The translations under genes were made by a program, and so were the position numbers. The notes beneath the pieces were generated by a model. That model had not been told where the DNA came from. It saw nothing but the letters and a program-made list of their open reading frames with translations, and did no database searches. From Chromera velia (lineage: Eukaryota): a stretch of DNA of 64,000 nucleotides. The stretch covers positions 62,001-126,000 of the forward strand of contig JAHBMJ010000079.1 in assembly GCA_018398765.1 (NCBI GenBank), written 5' to 3'. Every line of letters begins with the position of its first letter. Within the stretch, counting starts at the first letter, position 1. Shown here piece after piece: positions 49,901 to 61,057 of the stretch.

Positions 49901-52118
49901 CGCACCAAAATCTCCTGCGAGGAAAAGTACCGCTTGGAGTTGTTCTCCTGACTCCTCCCTGCCAGTGTCTCAAAGGGCGAACATTTCTGTGTCATGACGA
50001 TGGGAAGGAGGGGGGCTAGTCCGGCCCTGGCATGTGTTTTCTTCGTACTGACAGACAGACTGCCTTGTGGATGCCTACACGGACAGGGGGTTTGTGCTCG
50101 CCTGTCTTTCTTTATTTCTCTCGATTTTCTGATTGAGATTCGTCCTGTAGAACATCGAAGTCGATTGCAGAGATTTGATCCGCCATTTTCTCTGTATAGG
50201 ACAGCTAGACAGGTCGTTCACAGACTGACTCACTGACTGACCCTCTGGGGGATTTCTGTTTGAAGTCTCTGATGTTGTAGCATTTCGATTTGGCCCCATG
50301 AAGGAGCGGGATCGGCACATAGGGACCCTCTTCGGCTCCCTGCAATTAGGTGAACAAGAAGAACACAGGAGTGCAGCCGTGAAAAGGACTGGAGAATCTC
50401 ATGGATGTGCGGAGAGAGAGAGATTTTTGGAGGAAGGGAATGCTTCTCTTCTCGAGAGGGAAGGGACGGGAGGGAGGAATCAGGAAGGGGCCAAAGAAAG
50501 AAATGGAGGCTGATGAAAGAAGGAGAGAACGGATTCACTTCCAAGTGAGGGTGTGAAATTGACAAGCGGAGTGAAAAGGAAAGAATAACGCTCTCCCTGC
50601 CTGCCTGCCCACACTCTTGACTGCTTTCTTGCCTACTGACTGACTGCCTGACAGACCTGATAGTGGAAAAGGAATGCGCAGCTCTTCTGCTCGAGACGTG
50701 AGTAGAGAGTACACTCCACAGGAAAGCCCTCGTCGTGGGGCCCCTTCCATGCTCCAAATCTGCACGTATATATATACACACATACATGCACATACGTACA
50801 GATCCATGTACACACACACTGCAACATAAACATGTACACATACCTCATACAGCAAAGCCCCCTTCCAAATCTGACGGGAGTACAGCCTCATTTGTTGAGT
50901 TGCATGTTGGGCGGGTGCGTTGAAAGAAGGACGTATGCAAAAGAAGCACATGGATCAATGATATGTGAATTTCCCCCAGGGCTCTAGGTCCGTACGGACA
51001 GAAAGAAATCCACAGAATACAAAGAAATGGGGACGTGATCTATTTGCATAAAAACACTTATTTGGTGTCTTCCCAAAGCCATCAGAAAAAGCGAGGAGCC
51101 CTGGCTGCCAAGCATCTCTGTGACAGATCCTCTCATGGGCATACATGCAGCGTCCCAAGCATGCGTGCGTCATGTTGACGATTTTCTGTGACTTCACGTC
51201 AACTCCATACACACATTGAAATAATTGTTGCATGCTACTTGTCTGAGTATGCAACCTGTCCCCGACGGACCTGAGGTCAAAGTATTCGAACATTTCGTTG
51301 ATGTGCTTGTCCCTGAGGTCCCCCACGAGGTCCCACACAGACTCATTTGGTCTGGCAACTATCCAGCTCTTGCCTGGAGGATTGATGTACGCACCCATCC
51401 ATGGGGCAGGGTCTACCTCTCCGTCAGCTGCATGGAAGGAAGAAAGCACGTCGGATCGGAGGGAGGGAAGCGAAAGAGAAACAGATAGACAGACAGACAG
51501 AACCACAGACATGGAGACAGATACATGGAAATACAGACACACGGCATGTTTCTTCTCCCTCTCTCTTCTTTTTATGTACGCAACAGAGAAACAACGAAAC
51601 AAAAGTTACAAAGGAGAGACACGATCAATCAGACAGCCCGGGCTGAGCCTGAAAAGTCTAGAGTCCACCATCCATACTTTGCTTCTACCACCTTCTGGCA
51701 GGTTTCACGTGATTGCAAGAGTCAGACGCTACTCCCTGCTCCTTCCACTCAAGGTAAGAGAAAACAAAAAGACTTCTACTGCAATCCAAACAAACTTGAA
51801 CAAACATAAAGGGGAGTAGGCACCATCACGTGGTCTTTAGAAAGGGTGTGGGAGAACGGGGGGGCGCCCCAGCGGAAACAGGCACACAGACAGTCAGGCA
51901 GACAGATCGATAGACAGAAAGATGGACATAGAGATGCGAAGACATAGACAGACAGATTCAGAGCTGGGCAGACAGGTAGGCAAACAGATACATGGACATA
52001 TAGATTCTCTCTTTTCGTGTACAGGCAGACAGATAGGCAGACAACAGATAGACTGATACAGACGGACAAACAGATAGACAAACTAGAGAGATCGATTGAC
52101 AAACAGGCAGACAGATGG

Positions 52119-52183
<65 letters not shown>

Positions 52184-52816
52184 CGGACAAGCAGACTGTA
52201 TGTTTCACCAGCAGGCACAGACAGACAGACTGCCGACTGACGTAATTCATCTTCTTCATCTTCAATTGCTCCTTTGACAAAGTTTCCCAGAAGGAACAAA
52301 GCTGTAAAATGTATGAATTCAACAGCACGCACGCACACACACACGCGCACACACACACACACACACATACACATCAAAACGTATATGCGTACTTCAACAT
52401 GCACGGATATGGAGGCATGCACACATACATGTTTCGCATAAGCAGACAAACCGCTTCGTGGGAAAGATGTCTTTTCAAGATCAATGAGGCCGATCGGCAC
52501 TTTGGGACTCTTGCTATTCAATTTGACAAAATTTTGCAACAGCGAACTTCAAACGAAGAAAAAGAAAAGACTTGCAAAGAGAGGGATGCACAAGCAGGCG
52601 CAGAGATGAAGAGAGGGAACGCATCCAGCCCAGTTTGAAGATTTTGGCAGTAAGGGAGGTGGGAAAAAGGTCTTTCGGCGAAGGGAACAATGAGAGAGGA
52701 CAAATCAGAAGAAGGGCCAGAGAATGGTGGGGAAACAAAAACAAGGAGACGATCGCAGCGGAACAGAGGAGGCAGTCAGGCCCACCGAGCGAAAGAAGGA
52801 GCCAGGTCCTCTTCAT
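40939..52816 (-). CDS. Large secreted multi-domain protein with LamG-like region, Ca-binding EGF and C-terminal ShK-like domain (about 20 exons)
   Basis: Exon 52816-52786 plus exon 52301-52242 splice to the signal peptide [22 protein letters not shown]. LamG-like segments: WVELGVVI...LEITLNG (~44200) and [25 protein letters not shown] (~43760). [46 protein letters not shown] (~43080-43197). Six-Cys unit CGTDMPDC...TC...MCKAMCNTC (~41935, ~41400). Last exon 40989-40939. Continuity of all internal exons was not fully verified. Confidence 0.7.
45161..45317 (+). repeat. Compound (CTCTCA)n-(CT)n-(CA)n microsatellite next to a splice acceptor region
   Basis: Directly visible in the sequence. Confidence 0.9.
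47026..47091 (+). repeat. Perfect 33-bp tandem duplication (intronic)
   Basis: CACAAGAACAACAAGCAAAAGCCATTCCGGCGT occurs twice in tandem. Confidence 0.9.
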
Positions 52817-54285
52817 TGGAAGAAGTGAACAAAGAAACGAACAACGGGAGGGGAGAAAGAAGACCGAGCGGGAAGGCCTTTCTCAGCGAGTCAACCTAGG
52901 TATCAATTCAGAGAGAAGGCTCGATAGATGGAGAGAGACTTGATTGAGCTTTCGCTTTCTTCAACGCTGTTGTCTTTCACTCCGTTTGACCGTACTCCTC
53001 CCCTCTGTCCTGCCTGCAGACACCAAGTCAAGTGGGCACCAGAAATTTGCACAGCAATCTCTCTGAGAAATTCTGCCGATGCGTCCGAACAGAGGCACCC
53101 AGGACCTGATGACCAGACCTTCCAATTTGTCAAAGTTTAAAATTTATTCAGCCTGAGGTCGAAACAAAATGGTAATGCGTCTATATATATATACTGCTGA
53201 TGCCTTTCAGGGATCTGTTGACAGGTTTCGAAGCCTGGTCAGTCTGAAAAGCGAAGAATTGAATTGAATGAGGACAACAGAGAATTATAAGGAGCAATGT
53301 ATATACGTACGTTAATTGCTCCTTAATTCTACATTCTTTGTATCATTGCATGTCTGTATATCAAAGATCAAAATTAATAAAAGAAAATCTGTATGCATAT
53401 CCTGGGCATACGCGCGCATTAGGGCGCGCGCGCGTATCCTGGCACAAACGCTCACGATGGGCGCGCGATGTCTTTGTCATGCACGTGCGAGTTGTCTGAT
53501 CGACACGCGATGACACGCGTACTCTGTTGTCAGACGTCTCACAGTCGATCATCCCGCTTAGTATATATATCCCGCCTATAATGAGTGACTACTCGCCGTA
53601 GTCACAAGCGTAGTGATTTTATTCTTGACGGAACGATCTTGATCAAACGTCCCCAATGAAGGCTCTCTTGGAGTGATTGGGTCACCTGTGTTGCACAAGG
53701 CCGCGCATGATATTCATAGAGACGGCCGAGGTGTTGCTTCCGTCTCCTCCTGTAGTGCACCTGTTCTGGTTCTCGTTTCCGTGTCTTCACCGATTTAAGC
53801 AATGAACCGTAAGCATGCACTGCCTCTTCCTCTTGCTGGATGTCACCCCAGTTTGGCGCACCAGTGTTTGTTCTCCTTATATTCAGACGCCTTGAATCCT
53901 GCAAACTGTCTGCAGCGGAGAACCAACTCCTTCCGCCCGGCAGTATCAAAAATGCTGCCGAGGCAACAATCCATGTGAGTGCATCCGGCCGCCCAGGAGT
54001 TGGTTCTGCCTCACTCACTGATGCAGGAGAACAGGGAGAGAAGCGACGCCTACGAATAAGTGACAAAACAAGAGCGGAAAGAAAATGGAGAACGTGCAGG
54101 AAAATCTTCTGCAAGGGTATCCGTTCCCTGAAAACCCAAACGAATGTCACACCGCCCAATGGCTCCCTAACTTACTTCCCGCTACCCCCTCCTCCTACCT
54201 GTCATTACTGTGTTTCCACCCACCGACAGCTGATCGTTCATTCTACCGTTGATCCTCTCTGGTGTCACTGCAGGCTGGGGACGAC

Positions 54286-56546
54286 ATGAGACGCAAAACG
54301 CTCGACTGGTGGGACAAGCACAGGCGCGATTTCGATGGTAAGTCACTCAGTCAGTGAGGCCGGGCGATCTTTCTTCTGGATGCCTGAAAGGAAAAACTGA
54401 TTCTTTGTCGTTCTTCCTTCCTTCTTCCTCCCGGCCCACACCTATAAAGTGTAATTACAGCCCGGCTGTGAATCTTGAAGTTTGAAGACGAGACACCGCT
54501 TCATTGAATGACACGCAATGGATTATCACTCTCTGCAAGTTCTCCACGGGATTTGTGCCCACTTTTGTCCTGCCTTCCTTGAGTCAAACGCTCCTCTTTC
54601 CTCCTAGGTTTTCCCTCTTCGCAAATCTTCGCGTCGCTCCTCTCGTACTTGTGTGTCTCTGACTGCCTGGCCGTACACCCCTCCGTGCCTTGACAGCTAT
54701 CTCTTTCGTTTCCCTCTTTTTTTCAAGCCACCCAATTCTCACTCTGTTCTCTCTTTCCCCCCTTTCGCCAACAAACTAAGCGTCGCAAATTGGAGTGGAG
54801 TAAGCAGTGTTGCAAGCTTCCTGTTGTGGTTGCTGAGGCGCTCCTGCTGCCCCTCTCGCTTGTTCTTCCCATCTCTGCATGTGTGTCAGGCTGCTCCCCC
54901 TGATTTGCCGTTCTGTGAACACTCCGAGACATGTCTCCCTGCATTTGGCTCTTTTCGTTTCGATCTGTCCTCTGCTTCCTGCTTCCCTCAACTTTTCTCT
55001 CTCTCTTGAAGCACGACGGCTTCTTGTTTCCATCCATGCACGGCTGTTCTCTATCGATTGGTCTACTCTTTCTATTTTCACGCCTCCTGTTGTTGTGCGT
55101 ACCTTCGTCCCGTGCATCGTTCTCTGCTTCTCTCACCCTCCCATCCTCCCTTTAATTCCTTTTTTGCAGGGCCTATCGGTCTTCGGGTGCTTGCAGTCAT
55201 TGGTCAGGAGGGGGCACTAGACCCATACATACGTACAGAAAGACAGGAAGACAGACAGACAGACAGGCAGACAGACGGACAGACAGAAAGACGGAAAGAC
55301 GGGCAGACAGACAGACGGAAAGACAGACAGACAGAAAGACAGACAGACAGACAGACAGAAAGACACAAAGACAGAACCTTCCTTCCTTCGTTCCTTTGCA
55401 CCAGAATCAAATTCACACACAAGCAGACGGACAGACGGACGTAAAGGATCGAAGACACACAGAGAGGAAGAGAAAGGGAGAGAGAAAGGGACCAACAGAG
55501 ACACACACAGACGTGTTCTCACGTCCAGATGCTGTCATTCTTTCCCTTCCCGCTCGCAGCAATCCGCCCACTTTCTTCCCTGCGCTTGCTTACCCACGTC
55601 CTTTCATGCACACACACACACACACACACACACCCACACACACACATACACACACACACACGCATACACACGCATGCATGCAAAAACAGACACGAACGTA
55701 AATGCACACAAACACCACCACTATTCATTCGTACCATACATACATGGGTGAATGGATGGATGCAGGTGGATTTGCTCTCTGCGTGGTGGCTGTCCTCGAT
55801 TTATTGTCATTCTTCGGCATCCTCTTTGACCTCACGGGGAAGATCATGCATGTCTACCTGCTGTCAGTAGCTGGGCTGAAGGAAGGACTTTTTACTTTTC
55901 TTCTGCGCACACCGGTGCCAGGGCAGATGTGATCGTTTGTAGTGGTAAAACGAAGTCCGTCATCTCGGTAATGTTCATTCCACCTGTCTATCTGCCTCTA
56001 TCGTTTTTGCGCTCACCTTGCACCCCCTCCTATCGTCCCATACTTGCTTCTCTCTACACATATGCATGCAAACCAGAAGGAAATAAAAGGGGAAGGGGGA
56101 AATGGACGGATCGAAGCCATCGCATGTGTCGCACTCAGACAGTCGGTGGTCAAAGCCTGTCCGAAAGAGATCCATGCAGACGGACTCCGTCCGCTTTGGC
56201 TCGCGGGTGGCGTGTGCCTCAGCAGAGGGTGGCTCGTCAATCAAGCTTGCCTACAGCTGAATCTTGTCATTGATGCTTCCCCTCTCTGTTCCTCTTGCAA
56301 GACCAACTCCCTGTCTTGTTTTGTCGTCTCACTCGCTGAAAGTCTATCCCTCCGCCCTCCCTTCCCTAGCTTCCTTCCTATACATCCATCCATCCCATCC
56401 CTCCAACCAACTGCATGCTTCTGTTTCATTCATTGCGGTTTCTTCCCTTGATTTCGTTTCTTTTGCCTTCTTGTTCTCGCTCACGAATGCCCTGCTCTTG
56501 CTCCTTCCTTCATTTGGCTTTCTTTCTTTCTTTCTTTCTTTGTTTG

Positions 56547-56588
<42 letters not shown>

Positions 56589-57521
56589 GGACTGCATATG
56601 TAGAGGCAAAAGTGTTTTGCTGTTCTCTTTATTCTTCGCTTTGCTTCTTCTCTCTCTGTTTTCATACAAACAGGCTGGGGGGTCTCTGCGTGCTCTGCTT
56701 CGAGGCAGTCGACCTTCCCTGCTCCTGTCTGACGACGTTACGGGAATACCTGGAGGTCTGGGCCCGGTTTCTGACCGTCTCGGGGGGCAGAGGGCTGTTC
56801 TACGTGTTTCTTGGTCAGTCAGTCAGTCAGTCAGTCAGTCTGTGAATTGAATTCACCCAATCGAGCGGTGGGCTGCCGCCTTTTTTTTGTCTTGCCTCTT
56901 GAATGAATGTTTTTCTCTTTTTTCCTGCCAAGAAATGGATCTGTTTTTTGTTTTCTTCCAGCCAGCGAGTCTATTTTGCATTTCTTTGCTTCGAGTCTAT
57001 TCTGCGACCTCGATGCCGCATGGAGTGGTCGGAAAGGGGAGAGGAATCGATCCTTCGAGGTGACCATTGGAATCCTTTTGCGTGCGCTTTTCCCCCTTCA
57101 ACAGTGTGTGTGTCTGCTCTGTTGTGATGGTTGGTCTTTCTTTCTTCCCAGTCCCTCTCGAAGGGTACGTCCGGATGAATCGGGGGGGGGGGCTGTTGAA
57201 GGTAACCCGGAGAGGTTGCAGGATGCACGCGTAGTAGGTGCATTGATTGCATCTATCGGTGTGTCTGTCTGAACATGCAGATCGAGGCGGATTTGCATGT
57301 TTGTTGGAGCGTCGATTTGCCCTCTTCCCATCGCACATCCATCCCTTCATCCATACATACATACATAGAGGAAGGACCCAACCCTTAAGTGCCTGGATTG
57401 ATGCGGGGAGAACGTGTGCGTGGCTTGCTTGTCTCTCTCTGGTTTTGTTTGTCTCTCCATCTTGGGGGGGCTCAAAGGCTCTGAGAGGATTCCTGTACTT
57501 GCACCGTGGATCTCTCTCTCC

Positions 57522-57554
<33 letters not shown>

Positions 57555-58462
57555 TTTGTGTGCGTGTGTGTGTGCGTGCAGGTGTGTTCTCGTTCGCCTG
57601 CTCCAGTTGGCTGGATAAAATCGTTGGTGGGTCCCTCTTTGCTCTTTCCTTTTTCAAGACGGGAGATGACTCTTTCTGTCTGCCTGTGTCGTTCTCACGT
57701 CTTCTTTCATCGTCGCGAGCCATCTTTCCCTTATGTATTTTGGAGCCAAGATTTTCTTGGCTGCGTATTGTGTGCGCACGCAGGTTTGTACATGCTCGCG
57801 GTGGGCGTTGTCATCTGCATCCAGCAGCTCGTGCACCTCCAGAAGATCAAGAGCGAAGTCAGCCGATCAGCTTCGATTCATCTTTCCTTGTCACCCCCAG
57901 CAGAAAGAGAGCAAAGTCAGGCAGCTTGCTTCCTGCCTTATTGTCAAAAGCATCGATGAAATTTGCCAGCACATTGAGCGATCGTCTGGAAGAAAGGAAG
58001 GAAGGGAGGGAAACGCATGTGAACTGAAATGCACTCAGGTCTTTTTCGGAGCCTTTGATTCCTTCCTTCCTTTCTATCGACCTGCTTCCTCGATCATGAG
58101 TGAATGAAGGAATGAATGAATGAATGCGAACGAACACACGAGCTTTCCGTTCATGCTGCATGTCCACTCACTGCGTTGGTGTCTCTTTCCTGAATTTGAT
58201 CGCTGACTCGGACAGACAGGCTCGCTGATGCAGTGTGGAGCTGTCTCTCTGTCGACGGGCAGGGAGAGAACCAACTGAGCAAGCCTGCCTGAACGTGTTT
58301 ACCGTCTAAGCAGTCTCCTTGCCGCGCCTTCCCTTCATACAATCAGCCATTCACTCTGCTACTTCACTCCCTCACTGAGCGAGTTGCCTCTCTTATTCCC
58401 TCCCTCCCTGCTTCCCTGCCTGCCTGCCTGCAGGACCCCCTCGGAGGCACAACGGTCCAACC

Positions 58463-58466
<4 letters not shown>
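54286..58466 (+). CDS. COPI-associated / TVP15-like small multi-pass Golgi membrane protein, 7 exons
   Basis: Splices in frame as MRRKTLDWWDKHRRDFD|GPIGLRVLAVI|GGFALCVV...HVYLL|LGGLCVLCFEA...WARFLTVSGGRGLFYVFL|GVFSFACSSWLDKIV|GLYMLAVGVV...KSE|DPLGGTTVQP*. The 'FL....GRGxFYxFxG' pattern is typical of the COPI_assoc family. An acceptor-like CTGCAG at 54268-54273 suggests an upstream exon. Confidence 0.85.
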
Positions 58467-58495
<29 letters not shown>

Positions 58496-59447
58496 GGCCG
58501 ATTGGTGGGAGGGAGGGCAGACGTGGAGATCAAGGGGTCGACGTATTTTCTTTTTTCTCTCTCCCCCTCTCTCTCTGTCCTCTTTTTCTTTCCAGAGTGA
58601 AGTGAAAGTTAGAAAGAGGCCTGAGGGGTGGGTGGAAATCGCGAAAGGGAGAACGAGAGCAAAGACTGAAGGAAGAAAGTGAAACGACGAGGGAGCGCGC
58701 AGCCATTCCTCATGCATGCAACAGAAGAGAACCCCACAGCCAAGGAGGGCAGTGCGTGAGGAGAGGGAAGTAGGGCTCTCTTCAACTGTTTGATCACCTC
58801 CAATCTTCTTTCCTGCCCGCCCTTTGTTATTTTTTTCGATTTCAGGCGATCTTGTCGATTTAATTGTTGACATGATATGGTTGTAAAGAGTGCCCTGCAT
58901 GCCGTCAGATGACGGCTGGGCAGGCTGGAAAGTCTGCTTGGATGATGGAATCTCAGATGGATTGAATTTGTCAGCACGTGTACAGAGTAATTCGCTTCGT
59001 TTGTTTGCTTCCCCTGCATAAAGATCCTTAAAGATTTGCCGACCCGACCCGTTCATGCAAGCATTGACTCATTTGCCAATTAAGTTTACTGACTCATCTT
59101 TGAATGCTACAAAATGATGAGCATTCTAGCTGCCATGCATTTGCCCTCACTTGTTTTTTTACCGTGCATTAGCTTCTGCAGCCTCCCGTGTTTTCTCCTC
59201 GATCCCGGTCAAACTCGTCTCTGATGTGCATGAGAAAATTTATCTTCTGCATGCCTGGATGGGTTTGAAGAAGAAAGATGCTGATCGCCGCGACCTGTTG
59301 TTGCCTTGCTGCTGTTGCTGCAGGAAGCCAAAAAACATAATCAGCACGTTTAGTTTAGCTATAGTAACGCTAGATAAAACCTTTTATTAGGATAAGATAG
59401 GATAGGATTTATGTTTCGACAGTTTCGGGTGCCCCCCGCGGTTCACT

Positions 59448-60654
59448 TAGTGACCATGTTTGATTTGATTTGATTTGAGCTTCAACCTCAAATATTTGAT
59501 ATTTGAGGTAAGATTTGAGGTTAACTTCTTAGGGTTCCTCACTGAGTCACTGACTTACTGTCACTCTGATCATTTTTCTCATGACAATAGTTATCAGAAC
59601 ATTTCTGATATGTGTTTCAAAAATTTAAAAATATATATATATAATTATAACTTATCAGTTCCGTAAAAAAAATATGCCTGTGTGGCAGTGTATATACACT
59701 AGTCACTGAGACTCACTCTAGTACTAGTAGAGATTAAGAACGTAAAATTGATAGATTTGAAATTGTATATGACTTTTTGTTGATACGATAAAGTTAGAGC
59801 ACATACCAAAATTGAGGTGACAATCACTCAGCTTTATGGCACTTTTCGGGATCCAAAAAGGAGGCTGAATCCATCTCAAAGTTCTCTGTCAGCCAATGGA
59901 TTGTAATCGCCAGGAACCCTGACTTTCCTGAATACGACAACATGTCGAGGGTGATCGACACTCGTCAGGTCGCTGCTTTTCTCAACCTGTCTTTGATTGA
60001 CAGAATAATCTCGTTCTTCAGTGTTGGGAGCAGAAGTCTCTGCACCTTCCTCACAGACAAGAGATCGTAGCGGGGGTCCAGTGCCTTCACCAGCTTTCGC
60101 AATGCCTCGTTTTCTGTGAGATGAGGCCAGCCAGCACTGGCCAGAAAGTCAGTGATCAGCATATCGCACTTGATTCTCTTCTCATGCATCTCTGCATATG
60201 GTGCGACCACGGCTTCTGCTTCATCTTTGGTGGGGAAAAACGTTCGCACGTTAGGCTGCTTTGTCCCCCCCGCCCCCTCCAACCGCTTCTCCTGTCTTTT
60301 TTGGAGCAGCTACACATGTTTGTCAGACGTGATCGTTAAGCCATGCTGATTGATGAGGTGGGTTTGAAAAGAACTGGTTGCCGCTGCTGCATAATCACAG
60401 CCACAAATAGTTTCTCCTTCCCCCTCGGCAAACTATCAAGATTTAGGTTTTTTCATTTGAATCAGCATGCGTGACGGATCGGTACTTACAAAAAAATTTT
60501 CAGGACCTTCATATTTGAGGTTGAAAGTCATATTGATCAAATATTTGATCATATTTGATAGGTCTTTAAACACTAAGTCCTCCCTGACTGGATATTTGAT
60601 TTGAGCTTAAGCCCTACCTTAAATCAAATCAAATCAAATCAAACATGATCACTA
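59448..60654 (-). mobile_element. Non-autonomous hAT DNA transposon (1207 bp)
   Basis: TIRs of about 30 bp, TAGTGA(C/T)CATGTTTGATTTGATTTGATTTG. 8-bp TSD GGTTCACT at 59440-59447 and 60655-60662. Subterminal ATATTTGA repeats. Confidence 0.92.
59843..60420 (-). pseudogene. hAT transposase fragment
   Basis: BED-finger-like tail (ICGC...TSSFQTHLINQH), ENEALRKLVKALDPRY, and the first catalytic-Asp motif VSITLDML...FLAITIHW. It has in-frame stops and lacks the C-terminal half. Confidence 0.85.
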
Positions 60655-61057
60655 GGTTCACTGCCCAGAAAAAGCTTATACCGTAGTAAAATACTAACAG
60701 TAAGTACTATAAGACTATTATAAGTAAGTAAGTAAGTTATATACTATAGTCCTATATAGATCGTTCATAATACAGTCCGTTCCTATAATTATATGATCGA
60801 CGATGGTTGATCGTTCATAACTTGAACATAGGTGCCCCAAATGTCCGGTTTGGAACTCCAAACGCATTTTGGAGATCTCTACAACACTAGCTAATAGCTA
60901 TAATACCAAACCATCTCTATTATATTAGGGCAGTGGTAGGCAGTGACCAAAAAACAATGAGAAACTAGATAAGAAAAAAGTTTAAAAAACATAGTGTAAT
61001 CATTTCACATTGTAATACTATATTAGAATGATATACTGCAGTGTTATAACTACAGCT

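Noticed and set aside
53602..54289. ORFs 53602-54159 (-) and 53840-54289 (+)
   Set aside because: No recognisable motifs. The region more likely forms the 5' UTR/promoter of the divergent gene pair.
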